Positions 43,296-53,980 of a stretch of DNA of 64,000 nt are shown here, in pieces; the stretch's first letter is position 1, and every line of letters starts with the position of its first letter. Origin of the DNA: an uncultured Verrucomicrobiae bacterium (lineage in GTDB: Bacteria; Verrucomicrobiota; Verrucomicrobiia; Palsa-1439); NCBI GenBank assembly GCA_963817685.1, contig CAWFPN010000022.1, forward strand, positions 40,197-104,196. The letters are read 5' to 3'. Both the position numbers and the translations under genes were made by a program. The notes beneath the pieces are model-generated. The model saw only the letters and a program-made list of their open reading frames with translations. It did no database searches and had not been told where the DNA came from.

Positions 43296-45541
43296 TCAGA
43301 TGGCGGGCGCGGTGGTGCATCGCGGGTCTCCTAGGGTCGGCGGCGCCTCCGCGGCGAGCGCCATGCGGACGTCGGCCACGTGTGCGCCTTTGCCCTGCGC
43401 ATGGACGATGAGCGGGTTGATGTCCAGTTCGGCGATCTCGGGAAAATCGATGACGAGTTGCGAAAGACGCTCCAGACAATCGGCAATGGCATCGATATCG
43501 GCCGGCGGCTGACCGCGGAACCTCTCGAACACTTTGGCCGCGCGGATCGAGTTGATCATGTTGCGGGCGCCGAGTTCGCGGATCGGCGCCAGGCGGAAAC
43601 TGACGTCCTTGAGCACTTCGACGTACGTGCCGCCCATGCCGAACATGATGATGTGGCCGAAGGCGGGGTCCTTGCTGATGCCCGAGGATCACCTCGACGC
43701 CGCGTGCCGGCCATGGCTTCGACTTCCACGCCGAGGAGCCGCGCACTGGGTAGTTTTTGTTTCACCCCGTTTGTGATTTTTTCATAACCCAGCACGGGCT
43801 TCCTCGGCGTGGAAATATTCAGCAGCACGCCGCCGACATCGACCTTGTGGACGACGTCGGGCGAAGCAATTTTCATGGCGACGGGTCCGCCGATCTTTTC
43901 GAACAACGCGGCGGCCTCGTCTTCGCTCTTGGCCAAAGCGTGTTGGAGCACGCGGGAAACCATAGGCCTTCAACACGGCCAGCGCTTCGGCTTCGGGCAG
44001 GAACGTGCGGCCTTCGCCGCGGACCTTGGCGAAAATCTCGCGCACGGCGTTCTTGATCGACCTCGAAATGGCGCTCCTGGGTGCGCGGGCGCGTGCAGCC
44101 ATTGCGTGTAGCGGCACATGGCGCCCGAGCGAGCGGGACGCGTTCTCGGGAAACTCGTAGTTGGGGACGCCGTATTGCTCGAGGATGCGAACGCCGGCGG
44201 ACACGTCCACGTGGCCGAGGAACGAGGCGAGCACCGGTTTCTTGCTGGGCGGCGCAATCTCGCCGATCGTGCCGCGCGATGGCCTCGATTTCGGTCATGG
44301 ACTGCGGCGTGAGCAGAACCACCAGCCCGTCGACGTTCGGGTCGCCGAGCACGGCTTCGAGAGCGGCCGTCGTAGCGATCGCAGCGTGGCGTCGCCGATG
44401 ACGTCGACGGGATTAGAAAAGTTCGCGGTCGGAGGCAGCTTCGCCTTGAGGGACTCGAGTGTCTCGGGTCGCAGTTTGGCGAGCTCGAGTCCATAACGGA
44501 TGGCGGCATCGGTGGCCATGATGCCGGGTCCACCCGCGTTGGTGACGATGGCGAAGCGGTTGCCTTTGGGCAACGGCTGGCGTGAGAACCCGACCGCGAA
44601 GTCGAAGAGTTCTTCCACAGTGTCAACGCGCAGGATGCCGGCCTGCGCGAAAATGGCGTCGTAGACGGCGTCGCTGCCGGCCAGCGCGCCGGTGTGGGAA
44701 CGGGCGGCGGCGGCGCCTTGCTGGGTCCGGCCGGATTTGATGGCCAGGATCGGTTTGCGATGGGCGAGTTCGCCCGGTGATCTCGCGAGCCAGATCAATG
44801 AAGGCCCGGCCGTCGGCCAGCGTTTCCAGGTACATCAAGATCACGTCGGTGCGTCGTCGGTCGGCCAGATAACGCAGCAAGTCCATGTTCGGTCGACGTC
44901 GGCCTTGTTGCCGACGCTGATGAATTTCGAAAAACCGATGTCGCGGCCCCGGGCGTAGTCCAGGATGCCCGCGCAGAGCGCGCCGCTTTGGGACACGAAA
45001 GCGATGTTGCCGTGTTTGGGCATGCGCGCGGGCGAAACTGGCGTTGAGCATGATGTCGGCGATCGGTGTTGATCACGCCCAGGCAGTTCGGGCCGACCAG
45101 CGGCATGTGATAACGCTGGCCAATGGCGATGATGCGTTGTTCCAGTGCGGCGCCTTCCGGGCCGATTTCCTTGAATCCCGCGGTCACGATCACCGCTCCG
45201 CGCACGCCTTTCTGGCCGCATTCCTCCAGCACTTCCGGCACAACGTTGGCGGGGACGATGATCAGGGCCAGGTCGATTTCCTGCGGGATGGCGGAGATGC
45301 TGGTGTAGGAGTGCACGCCGCAAATGGACGGGGCCTTCGGATTGACGGGATAGAGTGTGCCGCAGTAACCGCCCATCAGGATGTTCTTGAAAATGGCGTT
45401 GCCGACGCTGCCTTCGCGGTTCGAGGCGCCGATGACGGCGATGGATTTCGGCGAGAAGATTGGCGCGAGCCGATCCAACTCAGCGGCAGGCGCGGCTGCT
45501 TGCTTAGATGTCTTTTCCACTGGTATTGCGCATGTAGTCAT
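43296..45541 (-). CDS. Acetate-CoA ligase (ADP-forming), fused alpha/beta (many frameshifts)
   Basis: PKSIAVIGAS, YPVNP, GPNCLG, SQSGAL, ARSHTGALAGSD, TNAGGPG, NPVDV, KIASPDVVHKVDVGGV, FGMGG, ELDINPL across frames. Confidence 0.88.
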
Positions 45542-45558
45542 GGCCTGCCATGGGCTTT

Positions 45559-45574
45559 AGCAGCGGCCTTGCCA
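45559..45574 (-). promoter_or_regulatory. sigma54 promoter of the acd-kinase-hydrogenase-malic enzyme operon
   Basis: Minus strand reads TGGCAAG-GCCG-CTGCT (GG-N10-GC), ending 17 bp upstream of ATG 45541. Confidence 0.7.
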
Positions 45575-45645
45575 TCTGTGGGGCGATTCAGAGACGCACA
45601 CGCAACCGGCTGCCACGCTATCGGATGCGGGGCTGTTGATTTCGG

Positions 45646-45718
45646 ACAGATGTTGTCCTCTTCGACGGGAAAGCAGGACAAAGTGTCACCAGTGCTGGAA
45701 AATCCGGACAGTTTGTCA
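45646..45718. promoter_or_regulatory. Tandem palindromic UAS pair plus an in-phase half site
   Basis: GGACAAAGTGTCA (45676-88) and GGACAGTTTGTCA (45706-18), 30 bp apart; TGTCC half-site at 45654-58, a further 30 bp away. Confidence 0.75.
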
Positions 45719-46276
45719 TGCGGCGCGCCGGGGAAATTTGCGTTCAGCAACGGTCACGGTCATCGGCAACGATTGACCGAAGAGGACGCATCGGTCCTCT
45801 TTGCAGTGCTCGCAGTGCGACAGGCGCACCATTTCCAGCTCCCACTGCAAACCATTGACGGCCCCGCAGGGACGAAATCCGACACTCTCGAACAGGTGCA
45901 CCGCGCGCGGGTTTGAGCCTTGCACACTCAGCACCACGCGGTCGAGTTGAAGGACCTTGCAGCCATAGTACAGCGAGCCCAGCAGCAATTTCCTGCCGAG
46001 GCCGAGGCCGCGATAATCCTGATGCACGAAGATGGCCAGTTCCGCTTCCGTCTTGCCGGCGTCCAGGCAAAGCAGGCAGTGGCCGACGATGCGTTTGTTG
46101 ACCTCGATCACGCATTCGCCGTCGCCCGCCTCGCGCAACGCCGCCAGCCAGCGTTCGATCATCTCCCGGCTGCGCGGCGGCAGCCCCTGGAACTCGCCTT
46201 TCGGCTCAAATTCCTCATACATGGCCAGCAGACCGGCCTGGTCGCCAGGCTCGATCTTCCGCAAGGTCGCTTTCAT
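45716..46276 (-). CDS. GNAT-family acetyltransferase
   Basis: AELAIFVHQDYRGLGLGRKLL, NPRAVHLFESVGF; Cys-rich tail CEHCKEDRC. Confidence 0.88.
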   Translation of the reverse strand: MKATLRKIEPGDQAGLLAMYEEFEPKGEFQGLPPRSREMIERWLAALREAGDGECVIEVNKRIVGHCLLCLDAGKTEAELAIFVHQDYRGLGLGRKLLLGSLYYGCKVLQLDRVVLSVQGSNPRAVHLFESVGFRPCGAVNGLQWELEMVRLSHCEHCKEDRCVLFGQSLPMTVTVAERKFPRRAA

Positions 46277-46311
46277 CACGCTTTCCCAGCGGAGCATCGC
46301 GAGTACCAAAT

Positions 46312-46329
46312 AAGTGAAATGTTTCACAA
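46312..46329. promoter_or_regulatory. Rex-like (or CRP-like) operator in the GNAT/cydA divergent region
   Basis: AAGTGAA-ATGT-TTCACAA versus the Rex consensus TTGTGAA-N4-TTCACAA. Confidence 0.6.
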
Positions 46330-46398
46330 ACTCGAATTGCTTTTTTTCCGCCGCATGCTACATATGGCTTCAGCACCCCGTAAGAGAGGAATGGCATC

Positions 46399-47853
46399 AT
46401 GGACGTAAATGTCCTGGCGTTGTCGCGCTTTCAGTTCGCGCTGACGATCATGTTTCATTATCTGTTTCCGCCGCTGACCATCGGCCTGGGCGGCCTGCTG
46501 GTTTCGCTGGAATGGAGCTATCTGCGCACCGGCGACCGCCAGTACGAGGAGGCCGCCAAATTTTGGACGAAGATTTTCGCCATCAATTTCGCCGTCGGCG
46601 TGGCCACGGGTATCGTGATGGAATTCCAGTTCGGCACGAACTGGGCGACCTATTCGCGTTTCGTGGGTGACGTGTTCGGCTCGGCGCTGGCCGCGGAGGG
46701 CATTTTCGCCTTCTTCCTCGAATCCGGATTTCTCGCCGTACTGGTGTTTGGCTGGGACAGGGTCTCGAAGCGGCTGCATTTCTTTGCGACCTGCATGGTG
46801 GCGCTCGGGGCCTTGTTTTCCTCCGTCTGGATCGTGGTGGCCAACTCCTGGCAGCAAACTCCGGCGGGGTATCACCTCGTCAGCCAGAACGGCGGCACGC
46901 GGGCGGAGATCACGGATTTTTGGGCGATGGTCTTCAGCCCGTCCAGCGTGCCCCGGCTGTTGCACGTCTGGATCGGCGCGTACATCCTCGGCGCGTTCTT
47001 TGTGATGAGCATCTCGGCCTATTACCTGTTGCGCGGCCGGCACGCCGAATTCGCCAAAAAAAGTTTCAAGTCCGGCCTGAGCCTGGCCACCGTGATGTCG
47101 CTGGCGGCCCTTGTTCAAGGCGATCTGCAGGCAAAAAAGGTCGCCGAAACGCAACCGCCCAAACTTGCCGCGATGGAGGCCCATTTTCAGACGGGCACGG
47201 GGCCCACACCGCTGTACGTGTTCGGCTTGCCCGACGAAAACGGGCAGACGATCAATCACGGCCTGGCGATCCCGGGCTTGCTAAGCCGGCTGGTGCATGG
47301 CAACGGCGATCCCGTGGCGGGCCTGGACCAGGTCCCGCGCAAGGACTGGCCGCCGGTGGCGGCGACGTTCCAGTCGTTTCACCTCATGGTCGCGTTGGGG
47401 ATGCTGTTCATCGTGATGACCCTGTTCGCCAGCGTCCTGCGCTGGCGCGGCACGCTCTTCGAGAAACGCTGGCTGCTCTGGCTGTTCGTCTGGGCCGTGC
47501 CGTTGCCCTACCTGGCCAATCAACTGGGCTGGGTCACGGCGGAAGTCGGCCGCCAGCCCTGGGTCGTGTACGGCCTGTTGCGCACCAGTGACGCGCTGTC
47601 CAAATCTGTCGTCGCCAGCCAGGTGCTCAGTTCGATCATCATCTTCACGCTGATTTACGGCCTGCTGTTTGCCGTCTGGGTGTTCGTGCTGGACAGTAAA
47701 ATCAAACACGGTCCGGAAGAACCCGCCGTTGCCGCTGCCGCTCCGGGCGCCGATGGTTTTCTCGGCCTGGCTGGACTGCGCGCGGGCACGGGCGGGCCGT
47801 CCTTGTCCGCTGCCGAAGAGGACACGCCGCCGCCGACGAAAGGGAAGGGTTGA
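46399..47853 (+). CDS. cydA: Cytochrome bd oxidase subunit I
   Basis: [52 protein letters not shown]. Confidence 0.97.
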   Translation: MDVNVLALSRFQFALTIMFHYLFPPLTIGLGGLLVSLEWSYLRTGDRQYEEAAKFWTKIFAINFAVGVATGIVMEFQFGTNWATYSRFVGDVFGSALAAEGIFAFFLESGFLAVLVFGWDRVSKRLHFFATCMVALGALFSSVWIVVANSWQQTPAGYHLVSQNGGTRAEITDFWAMVFSPSSVPRLLHVWIGAYILGAFFVMSISAYYLLRGRHAEFAKKSFKSGLSLATVMSLAALVQGDLQAKKVAETQPPKLAAMEAHFQTGTGPTPLYVFGLPDENGQTINHGLAIPGLLSRLVHGNGDPVAGLDQVPRKDWPPVAATFQSFHLMVALGMLFIVMTLFASVLRWRGTLFEKRWLLWLFVWAVPLPYLANQLGWVTAEVGRQPWVVYGLLRTSDALSKSVVASQVLSSIIIFTLIYGLLFAVWVFVLDSKIKHGPEEPAVAAAAPGADGFLGLAGLRAGTGGPSLSAAEEDTPPPTKGKG

Positions 47854-47858
47854 CCGCC

Positions 47859-48876
47859 ATGGACCTGCATCTTGTCTGGTTTGTGTTGCTGGGTGTGTTG
47901 CTGGCGGGCTATGCCATCCTCGACGGCTTCGACCTCGGCGTCGGCATCCTGCACCTGGCCGTGAAAAAGGACGACGAACGCCGGATCCTGATGAACTCCA
48001 TCGGGCCGCTCTGGGACGGCAACGAAGTCTGGCTGGTCACCTTCGGCGGCGCGCTGTTTGCCGCGTTCCCCGAACGCCTACGCCACAGCCTTCTCCGGAT
48101 TTTACATGGCGTTCATGGTCCTGCTGTTCGCGCTGATCTTCCGCGCGGTCTCGATGGAATTTCGCAGCAAACACGAGAACGCCGCCTGGCGGAAATTCTG
48201 GGACGTGTCATTTTGCCTGGCCAGCACGGTGGCGACGCTGTTGTTCGGGGTCGCCGTCGGCAACGCGATGCGCGGCATGCCGATTGGCGCCGACCACGAA
48301 TTCCAGGGGACGTTCTTTTCCCTGCTGCATCCCTACGCGCTGCTGGTCGGTTTGTTCGCCGTGGCCACCTTTGCCATGCACGGCTCGATTTATCTCTACC
48401 TGAAAACGGAAGGCGACCTGCAGAAACGCATTCACGGCTGGATGTGGCGCACCTTCGGGGTGTTCCTGGTGCTCTACATGTTGACGACCATCTACACGCT
48501 GGTGGACGTGCCGCTGGCCACGGCCAATTTCCGCCTGCACCCGTGGTGCTGGCTCGTCGTCGTGCTCAACGTCCTGGCCATCGCCAACATCCCCCGCGCC
48601 ATCCATCTCGGACGGCCCGGCTACGCCTTCGCGTCCTCGTGCGCCACGATCGCCGCGCAAACGTTCCTCTTCGGCGTCGCGCTGTTCCCCGAACTGATCC
48701 ACTCGTCGCTCGACCCCGCCTGGAGCCTGACGATCTACAACGCCGCTTCCTCGGAGAAAACCCTGGGAATCATGGGCATCATCGCCCTGCTCGGCATGCC
48801 CTTCGTGCTGGCCTACACCGCCGTCGTCTACTGGGTCTTCCGCGGCAAAGTCCAGATCGGGAAGTTCAGTTATTAA
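47859..48876 (+). CDS. cydB: Cytochrome bd oxidase subunit II (frameshift near 48072)
   Basis: [47 protein letters not shown]. Confidence 0.93.
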
Positions 48877-48898
48877 GAACGCCTAACAAAACCGTGCT

Positions 48899-48970
48899 TG
48901 GAGGGTCGCGCTCCAGCGCGACCGCGTCGTTTTGCCCAAGCAGCGGCCACGCGGGAGCGTGGCCCTCCAG
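48899..48970. repeat. GGAG-variant REP doublet between convergent genes
   Basis: TGGAGGGTCGCGCTCCAGCGCGACC...GGCCACGCGGGAGCGTGGCCCTCCA. Confidence 0.7.
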
Positions 48971-49004
48971 AACCTCCCCGGTTTTGTTGGGGGGCTCTTA
49001 AGCA

Positions 49005-49892
49005 TCAGGCCAGCGCCGCCAGCAAGGAGTCGCGCATTTTCTGCAAGACGCCGGGATCGGTCAGTTTTTGGCCGTTGGTGTCGGTCAGATAAAAAACATC
49101 GGCGGCTTCGCCCTGGTCCGTCACGATGATCGCGTGGGCGATATCCACCTCCGACGTCGTCAGCGCCTGCAGAATGTCGTAGAGCAACCCCAACCGGTCG
49201 GGCGCTTCCACTTGCAACACCGTGTACGTCGCCGACCGCTCGTTATCAAACGTCACCACCGGCGGGCGGTCCGGCGATTCGTCCTCCGGACGCCGGATAT
49301 TGAATCCCAGCCCGCTGTCGGGACTCAGCGAAGCGGTCAACAGCCGCGTCACGTGCGCCAGCGACAATTCATCCTCGACGTGGCCAAAGTCCTCCGTGCA
49401 GACCTCAAACAAGTCGAGCACCACGTTGTCGGCCCGGGTATACACGTCAGCGCGGATGATGTTCAGGCCGACCGACGCCAGCGAACCGGCCACCTTGGCC
49501 AGCAGCCCGAGCCGGTCCCACGTGCAGACCGCCACTTCGGTCATCCCCCGGTCCGGGAAATGCCGCCAGCGGACGATGGGATTGGTGGTCAGCGAATCCG
49601 TATGGGCCAGGCTGGCGAAAAATTCGTGGACCATTTCCATGTGCCAGCGCAGGGTCAGCCCGTCCACGCGCGCCCAATAGCGCACCGGCATGCTCGTCAA
49701 ATGCATGTCGAGCTCCTCCGGGCTGATGTCCCAATCTGAAATCTCTGCCATGGCCCTGTACAACCGCAGCCGCTGCGCCTCAAACACCTTTTGGGCCGAC
49801 TTGGTGCTGCGGTTCAATTGTGGTCCGAGCGCCCTGGGCAATCCCCCCGGCACCCCGACTTTGCCTTCCGATGAACTGGTTGTAGTACGCAT
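49005..49892 (-). CDS. GlnD C-terminal-like protein (two ACT domains, no transferase/HD domain)
   Basis: VCTWDRLGLLAKVAG..GLNIIRADVYTRADNVVLDLF; FDNE..TVLQVEAPDRLGLLY..AADVFYLTD. Confidence 0.8.
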   Translation of the reverse strand: MRTTTSSSEGKVGVPGGLPRALGPQLNRSTKSAQKVFEAQRLRLYRAMAEISDWDISPEELDMHLTSMPVRYWARVDGLTLRWHMEMVHEFFASLAHTDSLTTNPIVRWRHFPDRGMTEVAVCTWDRLGLLAKVAGSLASVGLNIIRADVYTRADNVVLDLFEVCTEDFGHVEDELSLAHVTRLLTASLSPDSGLGFNIRRPEDESPDRPPVVTFDNERSATYTVLQVEAPDRLGLLYDILQALTTSEVDIAHAIIVTDQGEAADVFYLTDTNGQKLTDPGVLQKMRDSLLAALA

Positions 49893-50171
49893 GCCAACGT
49901 TTAAGCAGCCGCTGTGCTGGACATGCCAGCCTCCCGCCGCCTCGCGCGTTCCCCCCGCGCCCCACACGCAGCAAACCCCTGCTACCATTGCCTGATCTCA
50001 CTGTTCTGTCCCCGCCAGCGTCCCCGAAGAAAATTCCACCCCGGCCCGACCGCCCCCCCGCTCCTGTCACGATTTATCCACCGTGGCCAAAGAACCACGG
50101 CCCGTGGGCCGGATTAGGCCGGAGGGGAACGATTGGCCACAGATGCACACAGATGGGGCACGGATTTCCGT

Positions 50172-50475
50172 TGTAGGCCGGGTCACCTGACCCGGCGCGC
50201 CTTGCTCTGTCCCTCCCCACGCTGTCACCCCGAGTTTCGCCCGAAACAACACAGTCGCGTCTCGCGGACTCGGTTTGTCGAGGGGTCTCTTCCGTGCCCT
50301 ACAGAACAACAGAGACTTGCCCCGAAAGCTTTCGGGGTGAACCTCGACAAGCTCGGCATGACAAAACGGCCCAAACGCTTGCAGGATGGCGGGAATGTGC
50401 TACCGTACCGGGCAGTATGACATATGCAGCGAGAATAGGCCGGGCGTCCGCCTACGCCGAGGCTACGGCGGACAG
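50172..50475. repeat. Cluster of REP-like hairpins
   Basis: GTAGGCCGGGTCACCTGACCCGGC (50172); TGTCACCCCGAG...CTCGACAAGCTCGGCATGACA (50223-50363); GTCCGCCTACGCCGAGGCTACGGCGGAC (about 50446-50473). Confidence 0.7.
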
Positions 50476-50642
50476 GGTGTCCGGAGCTGCCGGGGCAAAA
50501 GGGCGGGGACCGTTCCCGGCAGGCGCGGCTTGCCGGGAGGCTCGCCCTCCAGACGGCCCGGCAAGGTGTGCCAATTTGGCGCAGTTTCCGTACGCGGGAG
50601 GCTTCCAGCGTGGTCAAACCTTCAGCCGCCGAAATGGCCCAA

Positions 50643-50828
50643 AAGTCCAGGCTAGTCAAACCTTGTCAAACCTAGTCAAACCAAGTCCGACCTTAAATTT
50701 TCGGGCCGGATCCGCCTTCGCCAAGGCTACGGCGGGCACGACGGCGGACAAGGTGACCGTCCGTGCAGTCCGTGTCCGTCCTGATCCGACCCAATACGGC
50801 CTAATACGACCTAATACGGCCTTAAATT
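50643..50828 (+). repeat. Composite 10-bp-period repeat element with a nested 42-bp hairpin insert
   Basis: 5 x TAGTCAAACC-like + TTAAATT; insert 50708-50749; GTCCGT linker; 4 x AATACGGCCT-like + TAAATT; inverted copy at 62207-62352. Confidence 0.9.
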
Positions 50829-50857
50829 GTCCAAGGAGGGGGGTGGGGGCTGGGGGA

Positions 50858-50886
50858 TTGACAATTTGTCAGGGGGTACATAGGCT
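50858..50886 (+). promoter_or_regulatory. sigma70 promoter overlapped by a perfect TGACA-N3-TGTCA operator
   Basis: TTGACA(50858)-17 bp-TAGGCT(50881); TGACAATTTGTCA at 50859-50871. Confidence 0.75.
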
Positions 50887-50896
50887 GGGGGTGGCA

Positions 50897-52441
50897 ATGG
50901 CACCTTCCGAGCGTGAGACGCGGTTGCGGTTTTTGAGCCTGACGGAGCATGACCAGGCTTTGCTCAAGGCTTTAAGGCCCTTGCTGGAGCAGCACGTCAC
51001 GGCCATCGAGGACGCGTTTTACGAGCATCTGCTGCAGTTCCCAGAAGCAGCGCAATTGCTGCGCGACCGCACCACGGTCGAGCGGCTGAAACACTTGCAG
51101 CGCGAATACCTGCTGCGGCTTACGGACGGCGTGTACGACGACAAGTATTTCGCCGACCGGTTGCGCATCGGCCAGGCCCACGAACGCGTCGGGTTGTCGC
51201 CCCGCTGGTATCTGCTGGCCTACAGCCATTACTTCAAACTGATCACCCCGCTGATCCGCGCCCATTACGCCAACGATCCCGCCCGCGCCGACGATTCGGT
51301 GCTGGCCCTGGAAAAGGTGTTCATGCTCGACGCCTCGCTGGCGATGGACGCCTACATCGAGAGCGACCGTTACCGCCGCCTGCGGCAATTGGAAAGCATC
51401 GTCAACGATTCCGCCGACGTCATCTTCGCCCTGGACAACGAACTGCGGTTCCGCTCCTGGAACCGCGCGGCGGAACGCATCTTCGGCTGGCGCGAAGCGG
51501 ATGTCCTCGGCAACTCATTCACCATGCTGATGCCGCCGGAGCTGGTCCAGGCCGGCGAGATGGAACGCATCGATCGCCACGTGGACAAGGAAGGCTATTA
51601 CCATTTCGAGACCGTGCGGCTGGCCAAGGACGGCCGCCGCGTGCCGGTCGAGGTGACGGTGTCGCTGCTGCGCGATCCGCAGGGCAACATGATCGGGCGG
51701 TCGGCCATCCTGCGCGACGTCACCGAACGCAAGGCCCTGGAAGAGGAAAAACTGCGGGCGGAACGGCTGGCGGTGATCGGCACAATGTCGGCCCGGCTGG
51801 CCCACGAGATCCGCAATCCGCTCAGCTCGATCACGCTGAACATCGACCTGGTCGGCGACGAGATTGGCACGTTGGCGAAGGACAAACAGAGCGACGCCGA
51901 GGAAGCGCGATCGCTGCTGCGGTCCATCGACTCCGAAGTGCGCCGCATCCAGCGGGTGACGGAGGATTATCTGCAATTCGCGCGCCTGCCCAAACTGCAC
52001 CACGACATGGTCTCGCTCAACGAGATCCTCAGCCAGGGCGTTGCCTTCATGCAATCGTTGTTCGAAGCCACCGGCGTGACCGTGGAGACGGGCCTCGACC
52101 CGTCCGTGCCGTCGATCCACGCCGACGAAGGCCAACTCTGGCAGGCGATCCTGAACCTGATCCGCAACGCGCTGGAAGCCATGCCCAAGGGCGGCGCGCT
52201 CACGATCCGCACGTCGTTCGAGAAATCGACCATCGTCCTCACCGTCGCCGACACGGGCAAGGGGATGACCGAGCACGAGCGCGAACAGATTTTCAAACCG
52301 TTTTTCAGCACCAAGGTCGGCGGCACGGGCCTGGGATTGCCGCTCACCCAACAAATCATCACCGAACACGGCGGCCGCGTCCAATGCGAAAGCGTGCAAG
52401 ACCGCGGCACCACGTTTGTGATAGAATTGCCGGTGAAATAG
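50897..52441 (+). CDS. Globin-coupled (protoglobin/HemAT-type) PAS histidine kinase
   Basis: Globin: AFYEHL (B10 Tyr), RIGQAHERVGL (proximal His); PAS: WNRAAERIFG..KDG; H-box LAHEIRNPL; NLIRNALEA, DTGKGM, GTGLGL. Confidence 0.92.
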   Translation: MAPSERETRLRFLSLTEHDQALLKALRPLLEQHVTAIEDAFYEHLLQFPEAAQLLRDRTTVERLKHLQREYLLRLTDGVYDDKYFADRLRIGQAHERVGLSPRWYLLAYSHYFKLITPLIRAHYANDPARADDSVLALEKVFMLDASLAMDAYIESDRYRRLRQLESIVNDSADVIFALDNELRFRSWNRAAERIFGWREADVLGNSFTMLMPPELVQAGEMERIDRHVDKEGYYHFETVRLAKDGRRVPVEVTVSLLRDPQGNMIGRSAILRDVTERKALEEEKLRAERLAVIGTMSARLAHEIRNPLSSITLNIDLVGDEIGTLAKDKQSDAEEARSLLRSIDSEVRRIQRVTEDYLQFARLPKLHHDMVSLNEILSQGVAFMQSLFEATGVTVETGLDPSVPSIHADEGQLWQAILNLIRNALEAMPKGGALTIRTSFEKSTIVLTVADTGKGMTEHEREQIFKPFFSTKVGGTGLGLPLTQQIITEHGGRVQCESVQDRGTTFVIELPVK

Positions 52442-52451
52442 GGAGCAGAGA

Positions 52452-53816
52452 ATGGCCAGACGCGCGGACATATTGTTGGTCGACGACGAGGAGGCGCTGT
52501 GCACCGCCGCGGAGAAGATCCTCGTCAAGGAAGGCTACCGCGTCACCACGGTCAACACCGCCCAGGACGGCCTGGCGAGGTTTGAAACCGAAGGCGCCGA
52601 CCTGTTGATCACCGATTTGATGTTGCCGGACATGGACGGCATTTCACTGTTGAAGCGCGCCAAGGAACTGCGGCCGACCGTCGAGGTGATTGTCATCACC
52701 GGCCACGGCACGGTCGAGAAAGCCGTCGAAGCGATGCGGCTGGGCGCCTATGATTTCATCGAGAAACCGCTCGACCGGGCCGCGTTGATGAAGGCCGTGA
52801 GCAAGGCGGTGGAGAAACAACGCCTGGCGGCGGAAAACCGGGAACTGCGCGAACAACTCCAGCAGCAGCGCGGCGAAGACGCCTTGATCGGCGCCAGCGC
52901 CCCGATGGTCGCGCTGAAGAAATTGGTCCGCCAGATCGCGACCACCGATGTCACCATTCTCATCCAGGGCGAAAGCGGTTCGGGCAAGGAAGTCGTCGCC
53001 GACGTGATCCACAGCCTCAGCCCGCGCGCCGACAAGGCGATTGTGAAGATCAGTTGCGCGGCCATTCCGGAAACGCTGCTGGAAAGCGAACTGTTCGGCT
53101 ACGAGCGCGGCGCGTTCACCGGCGCGGGAAACACCAAGCAGGGAAAATTCGAGCTGGCCGACGGCGGCACGCTGTTCCTGGACGAGATCGCCGAGATGAG
53201 CACGCAGTTGCAGGCCAAACTGCTGCGGGTCCTGCAGGACGGACGGTTCCAGCGGCTCGGCAGCACGCGGGACATCCAGGTCGACGTGCGCGTCATCAGC
53301 GCCACGCACGTGAACATCCCGCAGGCCATCGCGGAAAACAAATTCCGCGAAGACCTCTATTACCGGCTCAACGTCGTCCACGTCGGACTGCCGGCCTTGC
53401 GCGAGCATCCGGAGGATATCCCGTTGCTGGCCGATCATTTCCTGAAGAAATACGCGGCCCGGATGCAGAAGGACGTGCGCGGCATCGAGCCGGCCGCCAT
53501 CGAGCAGTTGCTGGCCCATTCCTGGCCAGGCAACGTGCGGGAATTGGAGAACTCCATGCAACGCGCCCTGGCGGTGTGCACGGACGACACGATCCGCAGT
53601 TTTCATCTCATCGCGCCCATCGCCAAAGGCCAGGCAGGCGGCGGGCCGACCGGCCCGACGGTGACGATCCCGATTGGACTGCCCTTGGGCGAGGCGGAAG
53701 AGCGCATCATCTCCGAGACATTGAACCAATGCGGCGGCGACAAGGAGAAGGCGGCCCGCCTGCTGGGGATCTCCTCGCGGACCCTCTACCGACGCTACTC
53801 GAAGGACGAACCCTGA
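52452..53816 (+). CDS. sigma54-dependent response regulator (NtrC/AtoC family)
   Basis: REC (LVDDE, ITDL), [33 protein letters not shown], Fis-type [14 protein letters not shown]. Confidence 0.96.
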   Translation: MARRADILLVDDEEALCTAAEKILVKEGYRVTTVNTAQDGLARFETEGADLLITDLMLPDMDGISLLKRAKELRPTVEVIVITGHGTVEKAVEAMRLGAYDFIEKPLDRAALMKAVSKAVEKQRLAAENRELREQLQQQRGEDALIGASAPMVALKKLVRQIATTDVTILIQGESGSGKEVVADVIHSLSPRADKAIVKISCAAIPETLLESELFGYERGAFTGAGNTKQGKFELADGGTLFLDEIAEMSTQLQAKLLRVLQDGRFQRLGSTRDIQVDVRVISATHVNIPQAIAENKFREDLYYRLNVVHVGLPALREHPEDIPLLADHFLKKYAARMQKDVRGIEPAAIEQLLAHSWPGNVRELENSMQRALAVCTDDTIRSFHLIAPIAKGQAGGGPTGPTVTIPIGLPLGEAEERIISETLNQCGGDKEKAARLLGISSRTLYRRYSKDEP

Positions 53817-53828
53817 CGGCGAGTCGAG

Positions 53829-53871
53829 TGCCAAATTGTCGGTTTCGCCCCGGTTCGCTGACATTGTGACT
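53829..53871. promoter_or_regulatory. Tandem degenerate UAS pair
   Basis: TGCCAAATTGTCG (53829-41) and TGACATTGTGACT (53859-71), 30 bp apart. Confidence 0.65.
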
Positions 53872-53952
53872 GGCCTGCGCCGCGGCAGGCGGTCGGCGAT
53901 GTTCTTTCCAATCATCCGCCTTTTCAACGCGTTATGACTTTGGCGATTGTCG

Positions 53953-53968
53953 TGGCATCCGTGGTGCT
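53953..53968 (+). promoter_or_regulatory. sigma54 promoter of the stand-alone receiver gene
   Basis: TGGCATC-CGTG-GTGCT (GG-N10-GC), almost identical to the hypB promoter. Confidence 0.75.
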
Positions 53969-53980
53969 AGCGCATAAGCC

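Noticed and set aside
45601-45615. Alternative sigma54 site TGGCAGCCGGTTGC upstream of acd
   Set aside because: GG-GC spacing is 9 rather than 10; the site at 45559-45574 fits.
50643-50828. Possible CRISPR array
   Set aside because: Units are contiguous 10-mers with no unique spacers, and no cas genes are present.
50294-50896. 200-aa N-terminal extension of the globin kinase (and 62058-62633 for the Crp/Fnr gene) annotated as coding
   Set aside because: Made of repeat elements, and a good promoter lies just before ATG 50897. Kept only as an observation under findings.
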